Notes: a model not told the origin generated them from the sequence alone. A DNA stretch of 64,000 bases from Patescibacteria group bacterium (GCA_018971305.1 JAGXBC010000002.1:80046-144045), one strand, 5' to 3'; shown: positions 9,766-19,385, counted from the stretch's first letter. Program-made: numbers and translations.

Positions 9766-11281
9766 TAATATTTTAAACAGGATAACGATGTATCGGGTAG
9801 TTTTATACTACCTTTTGGCGCTCTGGGGGATAGCGCTTGCTTTTTCTTTTTTCGGAATTTTGCCGTACAACCCGCTGGCCATGACCTTCTCCGCGGCTTT
9901 TATTGTGGCTATCTGCTGGTCGGCGAATAATATCTTTTCCAGGATATTTGAAGCGCCAACGAACGTTGAATCTATTTTTATTACCGCCCTGATTCTCGCT
10001 CTCATCATCACTCCTCTTAAATCTCTCGCCGATACCGGTGGAATGATGTTCCTCTTTTGGGCATCTGTCTGGGCAATGGCTTCCAAGTATATTTTAGCCA
10101 TTAAAAAGAAGCACATTTTCAATCCTGCTGGTTTTGCCGTAGCGTTGACGGCCTTAACTATCGGAAGCTCCGCCACTTGGTGGGTTGGAGGAACCTTACA
10201 GATGATGCCATTCGTGCTTGCGGGCGGACTGCTTCTTGTGCGGAAGATTCAAAGATTTGATCTGTCCATAGCATTTTTCTTGTCGGCGATGGTCTCAATT
10301 TTATGGACAGGCGTCTCTCCGCTTTCCGGACCGTTGGACGTTATGTACAAAGCTTTGGTTCACGCGCCTATCTTCTTTTTTGCGTTTGTCATGATAACGG
10401 AACCGTTGACGACACCCCCCACGAAAATTACGCGCATATTATACGGAATTTTCACGGGGCTCCTATTCGCTCCGGCAATCCACATCGGTTCGATCTATTC
10501 AACCCCGGAGCTCGCGCTTCTTTGTGGCAACGCTTTTTCGTATTTACTTAGCCCAAAGAGTAAATTTATTTTGCAATTAAAAAACAAAGAACGGATGTCT
10601 ACGGATGTCTACGATTTTGTTTTTACTCCCAATCAGAAATTATCTTTCAGGCCCGGGCAATATTTGGAATGGACCCTGCCGCATGAAGGATCCGACAGCA
10701 GGGGAAACAGGCGTTATTTTACTATCGCCTCCTCTCCTACCGAGAAGGAACTTAGGGTAGGAGTAAAATTTTATCCCCAGCCGAGCAGTTTCAAAAAATC
10801 GTTGTTCTCTATGGGTGCGGACAAAAAAATTGTCGGGGCGCAGCTCTCCGGTGACTTTGTTCTGCCCAGGAATAAAAATCGCAAGCTGGCGCTTATCGCC
10901 GGCGGTATAGGGATTACTCCGTTCCGGAGCATGGTCAAATATCTTTTGGATAAGAATGAAAAGAGGGACATCGCTTTATTCTATTCCAATAAAACTGCAG
11001 ACGATATAATTTATCGGGATGTATTTGACGAAGCCGAGCGGCGGCTTGGCATCAGGACAGTTTACACGGTTACCGATACGCAAAGCGCGCCTCGGGAAGG
11101 GAAAATAAGAAAAGGCAGGATAAGCCCGGAAATTCTTATGAAGGCCCTGCCCGATTATAGCGAGAGAATGTTTTACCTTTCCGGACCGCGCTCAATGGTT
11201 GTTGCTTTTGAAGAAACCCTGAAAGCTCTGGGCGTAAAAAAGAGAAAGATCAAAACCGATTTCTTTCCTGGTTTTGCTTAG
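9749..11281 (+). CDS. RnfD/NqrB-like membrane domain fused to ferredoxin-reductase-type FAD/NAD(P) domain
   Basis: KHIFNPA and MITEPLTTP; then FRPGQY, RYFTIASSP, AGGIGITPF, YLSGP. Confidence 0.88.
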   Translation: MLKSIDNILNRITMYRVVLYYLLALWGIALAFSFFGILPYNPLAMTFSAAFIVAICWSANNIFSRIFEAPTNVESIFITALILALIITPLKSLADTGGMMFLFWASVWAMASKYILAIKKKHIFNPAGFAVALTALTIGSSATWWVGGTLQMMPFVLAGGLLLVRKIQRFDLSIAFFLSAMVSILWTGVSPLSGPLDVMYKALVHAPIFFFAFVMITEPLTTPPTKITRILYGIFTGLLFAPAIHIGSIYSTPELALLCGNAFSYLLSPKSKFILQLKNKERMSTDVYDFVFTPNQKLSFRPGQYLEWTLPHEGSDSRGNRRYFTIASSPTEKELRVGVKFYPQPSSFKKSLFSMGADKKIVGAQLSGDFVLPRNKNRKLALIAGGIGITPFRSMVKYLLDKNEKRDIALFYSNKTADDIIYRDVFDEAERRLGIRTVYTVTDTQSAPREGKIRKGRISPEILMKALPDYSERMFYLSGPRSMVVAFEETLKALGVKKRKIKTDFFPGFA

Positions 11282-11352
11282 AGTGGCAGAATAATTTAAG
11301 CTGTTGATTGATTTTTGCAACTACACCTTACTCATTGTAGAATCCTTTATAA

Positions 11353-12057
11353 ATGATAGAAATTTCCAATTTGAGCAAGCGTTACGGAAAACAGGTCGTC
11401 GTTGACGATCTCTCGCTAAAAATAAGTAAGGGTGAAACCTTCGGTTTTTTGGGGCAGAACGGCGCCGGGAAAACGACCACGATAAAAATGATAGTGGGGC
11501 TTACGCGCCCCGACGAAGGGAAGATAACCATCGGCGGAAAACTTGTGGACGACATCTCTGCCAGAAGAAAAATCGGCTTTATGCCCGAAGCCCCTTATTT
11601 TTATGAGCGGCTGACGGGCATGGAGTTCATGAAATTTTGCGGAGATTTGTTCGGGGAAAATAATAGATCGGAATCAGAGTACGAAGACATTTTAAAGATG
11701 ACCGGGATTTTCGACGCCAAAGACAAGGCCATCGGTAAGTATTCCAAGGGAATGAAGCAACGCCTCGGTTTCGCGCAAACTCTAGTCAACGATCCAGATT
11801 ATATTTTTCTTGATGAACCTCTGGACGGACTTGATCCCTTGGGGCGCAAAGAGATAAAAAAAATTATTAAAACTTTGCAGGGCAACGGCAAGACGATTTT
11901 TTTCAATTCGCATATTCTTTATGACACAGAAGAGCTTTGCGACAGAATCGGTATAATCCATAAAGGTAGATTGCTTTACGCTGGTGCAGTAAAAGAATTC
12001 TGTCAGGGTAAACCCTTGGAAGAAAAATTCGTGGAATTAGTTGAAATGCAGCAATGA
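11353..12057 (+). CDS. ABC ATP-binding protein
   Basis: [21 protein letters not shown]. Confidence 0.93.
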   Translation: MIEISNLSKRYGKQVVVDDLSLKISKGETFGFLGQNGAGKTTTIKMIVGLTRPDEGKITIGGKLVDDISARRKIGFMPEAPYFYERLTGMEFMKFCGDLFGENNRSESEYEDILKMTGIFDAKDKAIGKYSKGMKQRLGFAQTLVNDPDYIFLDEPLDGLDPLGRKEIKKIIKTLQGNGKTIFFNSHILYDTEELCDRIGIIHKGRLLYAGAVKEFCQGKPLEEKFVELVEMQQ

Positions 12058-12659
12058 GCAGAAAACTTTTAATAGCAACAGGGAGTAAGGGCAAATTTCC
12101 TGAAATCGTTAAAGAACTCGGCGCTTTACCGGTGGAATTTTTAAGTCTCGCGGATTTGGGATATCCTGCCGATTACGAGATAGAAGAACCTGCGATGACT
12201 TTTGAAGGCAACGCTATAATCAAGGCGATGACTATGGGCAAAAAGAGCGGCCTCTTAACGCTCGCGGACGATTCCGGATTGGAAGTAGACGCCCTGGGCG
12301 GGCGCCCCGGAGTTTTTTCCGCCAGATATACTCCTGGTGAAGATGCGGATAGATGCGTAAAAATTTTACAAGAACTTAGGAATGTCCCGGATGGTGAGCG
12401 TGGGGCGCAGTTCCGTTGCCTAGTAGCAATTTATGATCCGGAGACAGAAAAGGTAAGAACCTGTGAGGGCATTTATCGCGGTCGCATCATCCGCGAAGAG
12501 CATGGCACGAACGGTTTTGGCTATGACCCGATATTTTATAATGACGAGCTCGGTAAAACCAACGCCGAAATGTCTATGGAGAAAAAAAATTCCGTAAGCC
12601 ACAGAGGGGCGGCTCTAAAAAAAGCGAAGGAAATATTAATTAAGGAATTCTTAAACTAA
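12054..12659 (+). CDS. rdgB: non-canonical purine NTP pyrophosphatase (RdgB/HAM1)
   Basis: ADDSGLEVDALGGRPGVFSARY, GFGYDPIF, SHRG. Confidence 0.95.
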   Translation: MSRKLLIATGSKGKFPEIVKELGALPVEFLSLADLGYPADYEIEEPAMTFEGNAIIKAMTMGKKSGLLTLADDSGLEVDALGGRPGVFSARYTPGEDADRCVKILQELRNVPDGERGAQFRCLVAIYDPETEKVRTCEGIYRGRIIREEHGTNGFGYDPIFYNDELGKTNAEMSMEKKNSVSHRGAALKKAKEILIKEFLN

Positions 12660-12660
12660 C

Positions 12661-13419
12661 ATGCATAACGTACTCGTCATCGCCAAAAATACTTTCAAAG
12701 AGGCGGTTCGGGACAGGATATTTTACGCCATCCTCGGATTCGCCGTTCTCTTTATTCTTCTGGATTTATTTTTAGCCCGTCTCGCTTTGGGTGATCCCGT
12801 GATGATAAAAAGTTTCGGGCTGGCTGGTATCTACATTTTCGGCCTCATCGTCACCATATTTCTAGGCTCCTCCATAATCTATAAGGAAATAGAGCGGCGC
12901 ACGCTTTATTTTATAATTTCCAAGCCGGTCACGAGAGCTCAGGTTGTTCTGGGAAAATTCTTAGGATTGTTCATGGCGGTTGCCTTAACCACTGTGCTCA
13001 TGGCGGTCGTTTACATAGGAGTTGTGCTTCACGAAACTAGTATGTTCGATTTCCTTGGTCTCGTTGCCGTATTTTTCCAGCTTTTGGAGATGGGTCTCAT
13101 AGTGGCGGTTCTTATATTCTTTTCTTCCATTACCGCGCCGATGACGGCTACGCTCCTTGCCGTGATTATGGTTTTTATCGGACATCTCTTGGGTTCGGTT
13201 CTATATAGCGGCGAGATTATCGGTGGGACTACATATAAATTATCACTGGCCTTTTATTATTTATTTCCAAACCTGGAGAAGTTTGATCTGCGCAATCTGG
13301 TAGTGCATGGGATATCAATAACACCACATGGCGCGCTTTTTGCCATCGCCTACGCCGTGCTTTATTCGGGAATCCTTATTTGGGGAGCTATTCTGCTTTT
13401 GAACAGGCGCGAGCTTTGA
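12661..13419 (+). CDS. ABC-2 type permease
   Basis: IAKNTFKEAVRDR, EIERRT..SKPVTR..LGKFLG, six TMs. Confidence 0.88.
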   Translation: MHNVLVIAKNTFKEAVRDRIFYAILGFAVLFILLDLFLARLALGDPVMIKSFGLAGIYIFGLIVTIFLGSSIIYKEIERRTLYFIISKPVTRAQVVLGKFLGLFMAVALTTVLMAVVYIGVVLHETSMFDFLGLVAVFFQLLEMGLIVAVLIFFSSITAPMTATLLAVIMVFIGHLLGSVLYSGEIIGGTTYKLSLAFYYLFPNLEKFDLRNLVVHGISITPHGALFAIAYAVLYSGILIWGAILLLNRREL

Positions 13420-13443
13420 TTTGTGTTTCGTATCGTAACTTAA

Positions 13444-14265
13444 ATGTCACTCGCTAAAAAAATCTTATTGCCAATTTTATTTACTGGGATAATTTTGTCC
13501 CAATATTTTTATGATGCGGGAAGAGTTAATACTAAAACTGCCGGTCTTTCCTTGCCCCCGCAATTCGCCGAACATCTTGACTTAGGCCTTCACTCGGCGC
13601 TCGCGTCATTTCTATGGCTCAATACCCGCATGGAATTACCATACCTCCCAAATGGTTATCAAAGTTTTTTTGACGGATTGAATCTGATAAATACTCTCGA
13701 CCCGCGTTTCGCCGAACCCTACGTGTTCACAGAGATAGTTCTTCCCAGCACCGCTTATCCCCAAAGAATAAGCGCCGCTGTGGCCGTGGGCGAGAAGGGA
13801 GTTGCCCAAGCAGATAAGGACTGGCAGATCCCATTTTATCTGGCCGCCATATATCACCTTTATTTGCGGGATTATACAAGTTCGGCTAAATATTTCGATC
13901 TGGCTGCGCAGATGCCGGGCATACCGGAAGTCGTGAAAAGATTCGCCATTAACTACGGCATTATTCCGGATATCCGCGAGCGGACCAAGAATATTTGGCT
14001 GGCGATCTACGAAAGCACCACCGATCAAGGTCTCAAGGCCAGAGCTAAGGCTTATGTGGGTCACTATAATATCTTGGATGAGCTGCAGAAGGCGGTCTAT
14101 GACTATAAAGAACTGTATGGCAAATATCCGACGGCCATAAGCGACTTGGTGGACAAAAAAATTTTGAAAGAGATCCCCCCCGATCCATTCGGTTTAGAAT
14201 TCTTTGTCTACAGCGGTGGTGTAGTGGGCATCCGGCAGCTTCCGGGACAAGGAGTAGTTGATTGA
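13444..14265 (+). CDS. membrane-anchored TPR-like protein with pilin/GspG-like C-terminal motif
   Basis: N-terminal TM, LDPRF, helical repeats, YP..L.DLV....L..IP.DPFG tail. Confidence 0.6.
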   Translation: MSLAKKILLPILFTGIILSQYFYDAGRVNTKTAGLSLPPQFAEHLDLGLHSALASFLWLNTRMELPYLPNGYQSFFDGLNLINTLDPRFAEPYVFTEIVLPSTAYPQRISAAVAVGEKGVAQADKDWQIPFYLAAIYHLYLRDYTSSAKYFDLAAQMPGIPEVVKRFAINYGIIPDIRERTKNIWLAIYESTTDQGLKARAKAYVGHYNILDELQKAVYDYKELYGKYPTAISDLVDKKILKEIPPDPFGLEFFVYSGGVVGIRQLPGQGVVD

Positions 14266-14332
14266 CAGAGAGCATGCGGCGGAATAGTATTTTCTTAGCT
14301 TAATCTTCAATCGAAGTTATGGGAGGTGCGAC

Positions 14333-15160
14333 GTGAAGACATTAACGAGGGTTTTGTCTGTATGTTTTTTGCTTTCACCTGTCTTTGTAAGAGGTCAAGA
14401 TTGTTCTCTGGGCATAGAACAGAAAAGCAAATTATATTTCCGCATGGGCGGAGGTAATGAACCTGTATATCCCCGCGGTTCGGGTAGGTATCAAAGATGG
14501 CTTGGCGGGGTAACGCTTAATTTCCCTGGCAAGAAGTACGAAGGTTGCCTTCAGACCGGTGTTGTTGGTGCAGCGGTTTTTGACAATCCGGACAGCTTCA
14601 ATTTCGTTCTCCGTTTTGATAGGACAAAAAACCTAAACCACAATGAAAAATTAATCTTAGGCATTATGCATACGGATGCCTACGCGCTTAATTCTTTGCC
14701 TATACCGGATCCACAAGCGCGGCGTCCTACTTCCAGTACGAATACTACTTGGCTGGAAGGCGGTTGGCGGATTGAGAAGCCAAAGCTGGACGGAGAAGTG
14801 TTTTTTCGTTATGCCTTGACCGGTAAGGAGCCGCTTTTTTTCGGATATTATACGGCTCCTTACAGCCGGGAGAACCTTAGCGCTTTATTAAGGTGGCGTA
14901 TTTCTCCTAGAGACAAAGCCGTCTTCAGTTCTGAGACTTATCTAGGCGATGGTTCACGGAACAGATTTGTTGAGAGTTGTATCTTTGAGCACAACCTCAA
15001 GCGCCGCATAATCTTTGAGGCACGGGCTGCGTTCCAAGTGAACAGAGGTTTTTATCCGATATTGCCGGCTCCGCCGTTTGGTTTTGCGATAGACAGATTT
15101 CTGCGAAATCACTGGCTTGTGCAGGCAGGGTTCAATATGCCGTTTACTGTTAAATTTTAG
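14333..15160 (+). CDS. secreted beta-rich hypothetical protein
   Basis: GGAGG RBS before GTG, signal-peptide-like N-terminus, C-terminal Phe; followed by a GGCGCG/CGCGCC-T6 hairpin. Confidence 0.6.
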   Translation: MKTLTRVLSVCFLLSPVFVRGQDCSLGIEQKSKLYFRMGGGNEPVYPRGSGRYQRWLGGVTLNFPGKKYEGCLQTGVVGAAVFDNPDSFNFVLRFDRTKNLNHNEKLILGIMHTDAYALNSLPIPDPQARRPTSSTNTTWLEGGWRIEKPKLDGEVFFRYALTGKEPLFFGYYTAPYSRENLSALLRWRISPRDKAVFSSETYLGDGSRNRFVESCIFEHNLKRRIIFEARAAFQVNRGFYPILPAPPFGFAIDRFLRNHWLVQAGFNMPFTVKF

Positions 15161-15337
15161 AAACTTCTGGCGCGCCAAAACGCGCCTTTTTTGTCCATAA
15201 AAACCTTATTTTTTTGGCTGGCAAGATGTCTTGTTTTATGCTAAAATTAAAAAGTCCTTAAGGCAGCCTGTCTGCCCATCCTGAATCCGGAAAAACCCGG
15301 ACAAAGGTAGGGCTATTTTTATGTTTTACGCTTTGTT

Positions 15338-17440
15338 ATGCCCAAGAAATCAATTAAACCGCAATTAAAAACCGAACCCAAGAACAGCCAACCTTCCTAT
15401 GAGGCGAAGGATATTTACGTTCTTGAAGGCTTGGAGCCGGTCCGCAAGAGGCCGGGAATGTATATTGGTACTACGGGGGTAGATGGTTTGCATCACTTGG
15501 TTTGGGAGGTGGTGGACAACTCTATCGACGAGGCGATGGCCGGCTTCGCCAAAAATATCACCGTAGAACTTTTACCTGAAAACAAAATTGCCGTGACGGA
15601 CGACGGTCGCGGTATTCCAGTTGATATTCATAAGCAGACAAAAAAATCGGCGCTGGAGACCGTTATGACCACGCTCCACGCCGGGGGGAAATTCGGCGGC
15701 GAGTCCTATAAAGTTTCCGGCGGACTCCATGGCGTTGGAGTTTCTGTTGTTAATGCTTTATCCGACTGGCTGCGTGTTGAGGTGTCCAGGGATGGAGGGC
15801 TTTATGCTCAGGAGTACGAGCGCGGCAAGCCGAAGGCTAAGGTCAAAAAAATCGGTTCCTCTAAACATACCGGAACTAAGGTTATTTTTTCTCCCGACCC
15901 GGAAATTTTTCCGAGTATCAGCTTTAATTATAAAACGATGGTGAACCACCTGCGCCAGCAGGCTTACCTTACGAAAGGAGTCCATATCAATATTTTTGAT
16001 AAGCGCGAAAAAATTCCCGAATATTACGGATTCTGTTTTGAGGGCGGGCTGCTTTCCTTCGTAAAATATTTATCCGAGGGGAAGAGGCATTTGAACGACG
16101 AGATTTTCTATGTTCACAAGGAATACGACACTGCCGAGAACAGTTCGGACAAGAGCAAGGGCAAGTTGGAAGTGGAGGGCTCTTTTCTTTATATCGATGA
16201 TACAAAAACCGAGGAGCTTAGTTTTGCCAATAATATTTATACTCCTGACGGAGGCATGCATTTGACCGGTTTCCGTTCAGCCTTGACCCGCTCCCTGAAC
16301 AATTACGCGCGCTCCGAAGGATATCTTAAAGAGAAAGAAGAGAATCTTATCGCTGACGACACTCGGGAGGGGCTCGTTACCGTTGTTTCCGTTAAACTGC
16401 GCGAGCCTCAGTTTGAGGGTCAAACCAAGGCGCGATTGGGAAATCCGGAAGCGAGAACGGCTGTCGAGGCCGTAATGAACGAGGCACTTAAAGAGTTTCT
16501 AGAGAAGAGGCCTTCGGAGGCCAGAATCATTATAGAGAAGGTATTGCTTACGGCTAAGGCGCGCCAGGCCGCCAAAGCCGCCAAGGAAACTGTTTTGAGA
16601 AAGGGCGCATTTGAAGGATTAACTCTGCCCGGCAAACTTGCCGATTGCACTTCGCGCAGCGCCGAGGAATCAGAGCTTTTCATCGTTGAGGGAGATTCCG
16701 CCGGCGGTTCAGCCAAGCAGGGGCGCGACAGGAAAACTCAGGCAATTCTGCCTCTTAAGGGTAAAATTTTAAACGTGGAGAAATCGCGGATAGATAAAAT
16801 GCTGGCTAATGCCGAGATCAGGTCGCTTGTAGTCGCCATGGGTACGGCGATAGCCGCGGAATTCGACGTGTCCAAATTGCGGTACCACAAAATTATTTTA
16901 ATGAGCGATGCCGACGTTGACGGTGCGCACATCAGAACATTACTCCTCACATTTTTCTACCGCTATTTCAAAAAAATAATAGACGATGGCTATCTCTATG
17001 TTGCCCAGCCGCCGCTTTACAGGATTCAGTCCGGAAAAGAAATTCGTTACGCTTTTTCCGACGCGGAAAAAGAGAATACAATAATTGAATTGCAAAAGAC
17101 GAAAACCAAGAAGAAAGAAGAAAAGAACAAGAAGCAAACAATGGCAGCTGATGATGGTGGCGAAGTGGTTGGTGGCGAAGAGGTCTCGGCTGAAGCCGGT
17201 GTTGGCGATAATAAGATACCGGGTATTAATATTCAGCGTTATAAGGGTCTTGGTGAAATGAGCCCGGTCCAACTTTGGGAAACTACTATGAATCCGGAGA
17301 ACAGGATTTTAAAGCAGGTGATGGTTGAAGACGCTGCCGTGGCCAGCAAGCTTTTTGAAGTTTTGATGGGCGACGAAGTCGAGCCGCGCAAGAAATTCAT
17401 TCAAACCCACGCCTCGGCAGTGCAGAACCTTGACGTTTAA
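15338..17440 (+). CDS. gyrB: DNA gyrase subunit B
   Basis: EVVDNSIDE, GGLHGVG, VEGDSAGG, PLKGKILN, DADVDG, QRYKGLGEM. Confidence 0.97.
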   Translation: MPKKSIKPQLKTEPKNSQPSYEAKDIYVLEGLEPVRKRPGMYIGTTGVDGLHHLVWEVVDNSIDEAMAGFAKNITVELLPENKIAVTDDGRGIPVDIHKQTKKSALETVMTTLHAGGKFGGESYKVSGGLHGVGVSVVNALSDWLRVEVSRDGGLYAQEYERGKPKAKVKKIGSSKHTGTKVIFSPDPEIFPSISFNYKTMVNHLRQQAYLTKGVHINIFDKREKIPEYYGFCFEGGLLSFVKYLSEGKRHLNDEIFYVHKEYDTAENSSDKSKGKLEVEGSFLYIDDTKTEELSFANNIYTPDGGMHLTGFRSALTRSLNNYARSEGYLKEKEENLIADDTREGLVTVVSVKLREPQFEGQTKARLGNPEARTAVEAVMNEALKEFLEKRPSEARIIIEKVLLTAKARQAAKAAKETVLRKGAFEGLTLPGKLADCTSRSAEESELFIVEGDSAGGSAKQGRDRKTQAILPLKGKILNVEKSRIDKMLANAEIRSLVVAMGTAIAAEFDVSKLRYHKIILMSDADVDGAHIRTLLLTFFYRYFKKIIDDGYLYVAQPPLYRIQSGKEIRYAFSDAEKENTIIELQKTKTKKKEEKNKKQTMAADDGGEVVGGEEVSAEAGVGDNKIPGINIQRYKGLGEMSPVQLWETTMNPENRILKQVMVEDAAVASKLFEVLMGDEVEPRKKFIQTHASAVQNLDV

Positions 17441-17469
17441 GAGCGTTGACGATATACTAATCCGTACAA

Positions 17470-17658
17470 ATGTTCGCAAAAATAAAAAAATTCTTTGAGG
17501 AATCGCGCACAGAATTGCGCCATGTCAATTGGCCGACGCGCGATGAGGCGATACGCCTTACAGCCGTTGTTATCGGTTTGTCTTTAGGTCTCGCCCTTTT
17601 CTTAGGTTTATTTGATTATATTTTTACCGCTCTCATTAAAGCCTTCGTTATAAGATAA
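17470..17658 (+). CDS. secE: preprotein translocase subunit SecE
   Basis: ELRHVNWPTR plus a single TM; upstream of nusG. Confidence 0.93.
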   Translation: MFAKIKKFFEESRTELRHVNWPTRDEAIRLTAVVIGLSLGLALFLGLFDYIFTALIKAFVIR

Positions 17659-17659
17659 A

Positions 17660-18217
17660 ATGAACAGCAAATTTCAAGAAGAAAAAAAAGGATTACGCCA
17701 ATGGTATGCCGTGCAGACCTATTCCGGCTATGAAGAGGCCGTATCTCGTTATCTGAAGCAAAGAGTGGAGTCGTTGGCTATGGGAGATAAGATTTTTAAT
17801 ATTGTTGTTCCTAAAGAAAAGAAGATAAAAGTAAAAGGCGGCAAGAGGCAGACGGTTGAAGAAAAAATTTATCCCGGCTACGTGCTCGTGGAAATGATAC
17901 TTTCCGAGGATTCTTGGTATGTGGTGAGGAATACCCCGAGGGTAACGGGATTCGTGGGAACGGACACAACTAACCCCACGCCGCTTTCTAAAGACGAGAT
18001 AGACGCCTTGCTTGCCAGGGCCGGAAAAGAAGAGAGCAAGTTCAATGTTGACTTAAGGGTGGGAGATTTGGTAAAAATCATAGACGGTCCTTTTAAGGAA
18101 TACGACGGCAAGATTTCCGAGATAGACGAAGAAAAGGGAAGAATAAAGGTTATGGTTCCTATCTTCGGCCGCGATACTGCCGTGGAACTTGACTCTCTGC
18201 AGGTTAAAAAAATATAA
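17660..18217 (+). CDS. nusG: transcription factor NusG
   Basis: WYAVQTYSGYE, YPGYVLVEM, TPRVTGFVG, KOW GDLVKIIDGPF. Confidence 0.97.
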   Translation: MNSKFQEEKKGLRQWYAVQTYSGYEEAVSRYLKQRVESLAMGDKIFNIVVPKEKKIKVKGGKRQTVEEKIYPGYVLVEMILSEDSWYVVRNTPRVTGFVGTDTTNPTPLSKDEIDALLARAGKEESKFNVDLRVGDLVKIIDGPFKEYDGKISEIDEEKGRIKVMVPIFGRDTAVELDSLQVKKI

Positions 18218-18220
18218 ACA

Positions 18221-18421
18221 ATGACACACTGCTTTTTTTGCTCACAAAACATCAGATATATTGACTACAAGGATATTGATCTCCTGAAGCGTTTTATTTC
18301 CAGCCAGATGAAAATTATTGACCCGAAGCACACCGGAGTCTGCGCCAAACATCAGAGGAAATTGGCCGAAGCCATCAAGCGAGCCAGGTTTATGGCCCTT
18401 GTGCCGTACGTCCGCAATTAA
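18221..18421 (+). CDS. rpsR: 30S ribosomal protein S18 (Cys-containing form)
   Basis: CFFC, IDYKD..LL..FI, TG.CAKHQR...AIKRAR. Confidence 0.95.
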   Translation: MTHCFFCSQNIRYIDYKDIDLLKRFISSQMKIIDPKHTGVCAKHQRKLAEAIKRARFMALVPYVRN

Positions 18422-18436
18422 TTTCAATAGCCGTGA

Positions 18437-18557
18437 ATCCCGTTAGAAACAGGTCGCGGTCACGACGGCTAGCACGAACCATAAAAATTCCGCAAAAATC
18501 TTGCTCATGAAACAAAGTTTTTATAGTCTATTGAGCAACCGCGGCTTCTAACGGGAT
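18437..18557. repeat. 121-bp element with perfect 12-bp terminal inverted repeats (MITE-like)
   Basis: ATCCCGTTAGAA at 18437-18448 and TTCTAACGGGAT at 18546-18557; inner CGCGGT/ACCGCG extends the pairing. Confidence 0.7.
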
Positions 18558-19104
18558 GAACCAGTCCATTTTCCAGTTAATCCACCAGCTCTCAGGTACT
18601 AGCGCAATTCTGGACGACCTCGGTATTTTTTTAGCAAATTATTTGCCGTATCTTTTGGTTCTGGGTTTCCTAATATTGGTTATTAGGCAGAAGGAATGGA
18701 GGCGGAGTTCTGTTATTTTCACTGACGGGGCGCTTGCTGTAATTTTATCGCGCGGCATCGTGACCGAAGTCATCAGGTTTTTTTATAATCACCCCAGGCC
18801 ATTCGATGCCCTGGGTTTCACCGCGCTCATATCGGAATCGGGAAATTCTTTCCCGTCCGGGCACATGACGTTTTTCTTCGCGTTGGCACTCATTGTCTTT
18901 TACTACAACAAGAAGGCAGGCTGGTGGTATTTCGTTCTTTCGGCAATAATCGGTTTAGCGCGTATTTATGTTGGTGTTCACTGGCCAGCTGATATCTTAG
19001 GCGGCGCGCTTATCGGTTTGGTTTGCGGACTCGTCTCACATCGCCTTGTTAAACCTTATTGGAGAAAGTTGGCACCGGTTCAGGAAGCGCAAAGCAATAT
19101 CTAA
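18556..19104 (+). CDS. PAP2 phosphatase (BcrC-like undecaprenyl-diphosphatase)
   Basis: RPF, SFPSGH, RIYVGVHWPADI. Confidence 0.9.
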   Translation: MNQSIFQLIHQLSGTSAILDDLGIFLANYLPYLLVLGFLILVIRQKEWRRSSVIFTDGALAVILSRGIVTEVIRFFYNHPRPFDALGFTALISESGNSFPSGHMTFFFALALIVFYYNKKAGWWYFVLSAIIGLARIYVGVHWPADILGGALIGLVCGLVSHRLVKPYWRKLAPVQEAQSNI

Positions 19105-19106
19105 CA

Positions 19107-19138
19107 AAACCGTTCCTATATATTGGAGCGGTTTTTTT
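19107..19138. terminator. intrinsic terminator between convergent PAP2 gene and tRNA-Ser
   Basis: AAAACCGTTCC..GGAGCGGTTTTTTT hairpin with T-run. Confidence 0.7.
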
Positions 19139-19144
19139 CGTTTG

Positions 19145-19233
19145 CGGAGGCGAGAGGATTCGAACCTCTGTGGGGCTTTTTACACCCCGACGGTTTAGCA
19201 AACCGTTGCCTTAAGCCACTCGGCCACGCCTCC
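19145..19233 (-). tRNA. tRNA-Ser(GCT)
   Basis: reverse complement: GGAGGCG acceptor, ACGGT-TTGCTAA-ACCGT, long variable arm, GTTCGAATC. Confidence 0.95.
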
Positions 19234-19266
19234 ATAATTGAACAGAAATTGAACCAAACTTTTTTA

Positions 19267-19322
19267 AAGCCACCCACCGCCTTTGGCGGGGCCCCGCTTT
19301 AGCGGTGGTCGGCCACGCCTCC
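19267..19322 (-). pseudogene. duplicated 5' fragment of tRNA-Ser(GCT) interrupted by a 35-bp hairpin element
   Basis: 19309-19322 is identical to 19220-19233 and 19267-19273 to 19213-19219; insert 19274-19308 is CCACCGC...GCGGTGG. Confidence 0.8.
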
Positions 19323-19385
19323 GTGATTATCAAAATATCAGAAAAACTTGTTAAAATCAACTTTTTTTGTTAACCTTTAGCCACT

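Noticed and set aside
15262-15320. Hairpins upstream of gyrB as a possible riboswitch
   Set aside because: No recognisable aptamer consensus; may be a fragment of the small palindromic repeat family.
17090-17220. Lys-rich then acidic insertion in the GyrB C-terminal region
   Set aside because: In-frame, low complexity and at a known variable position; no intein motifs.
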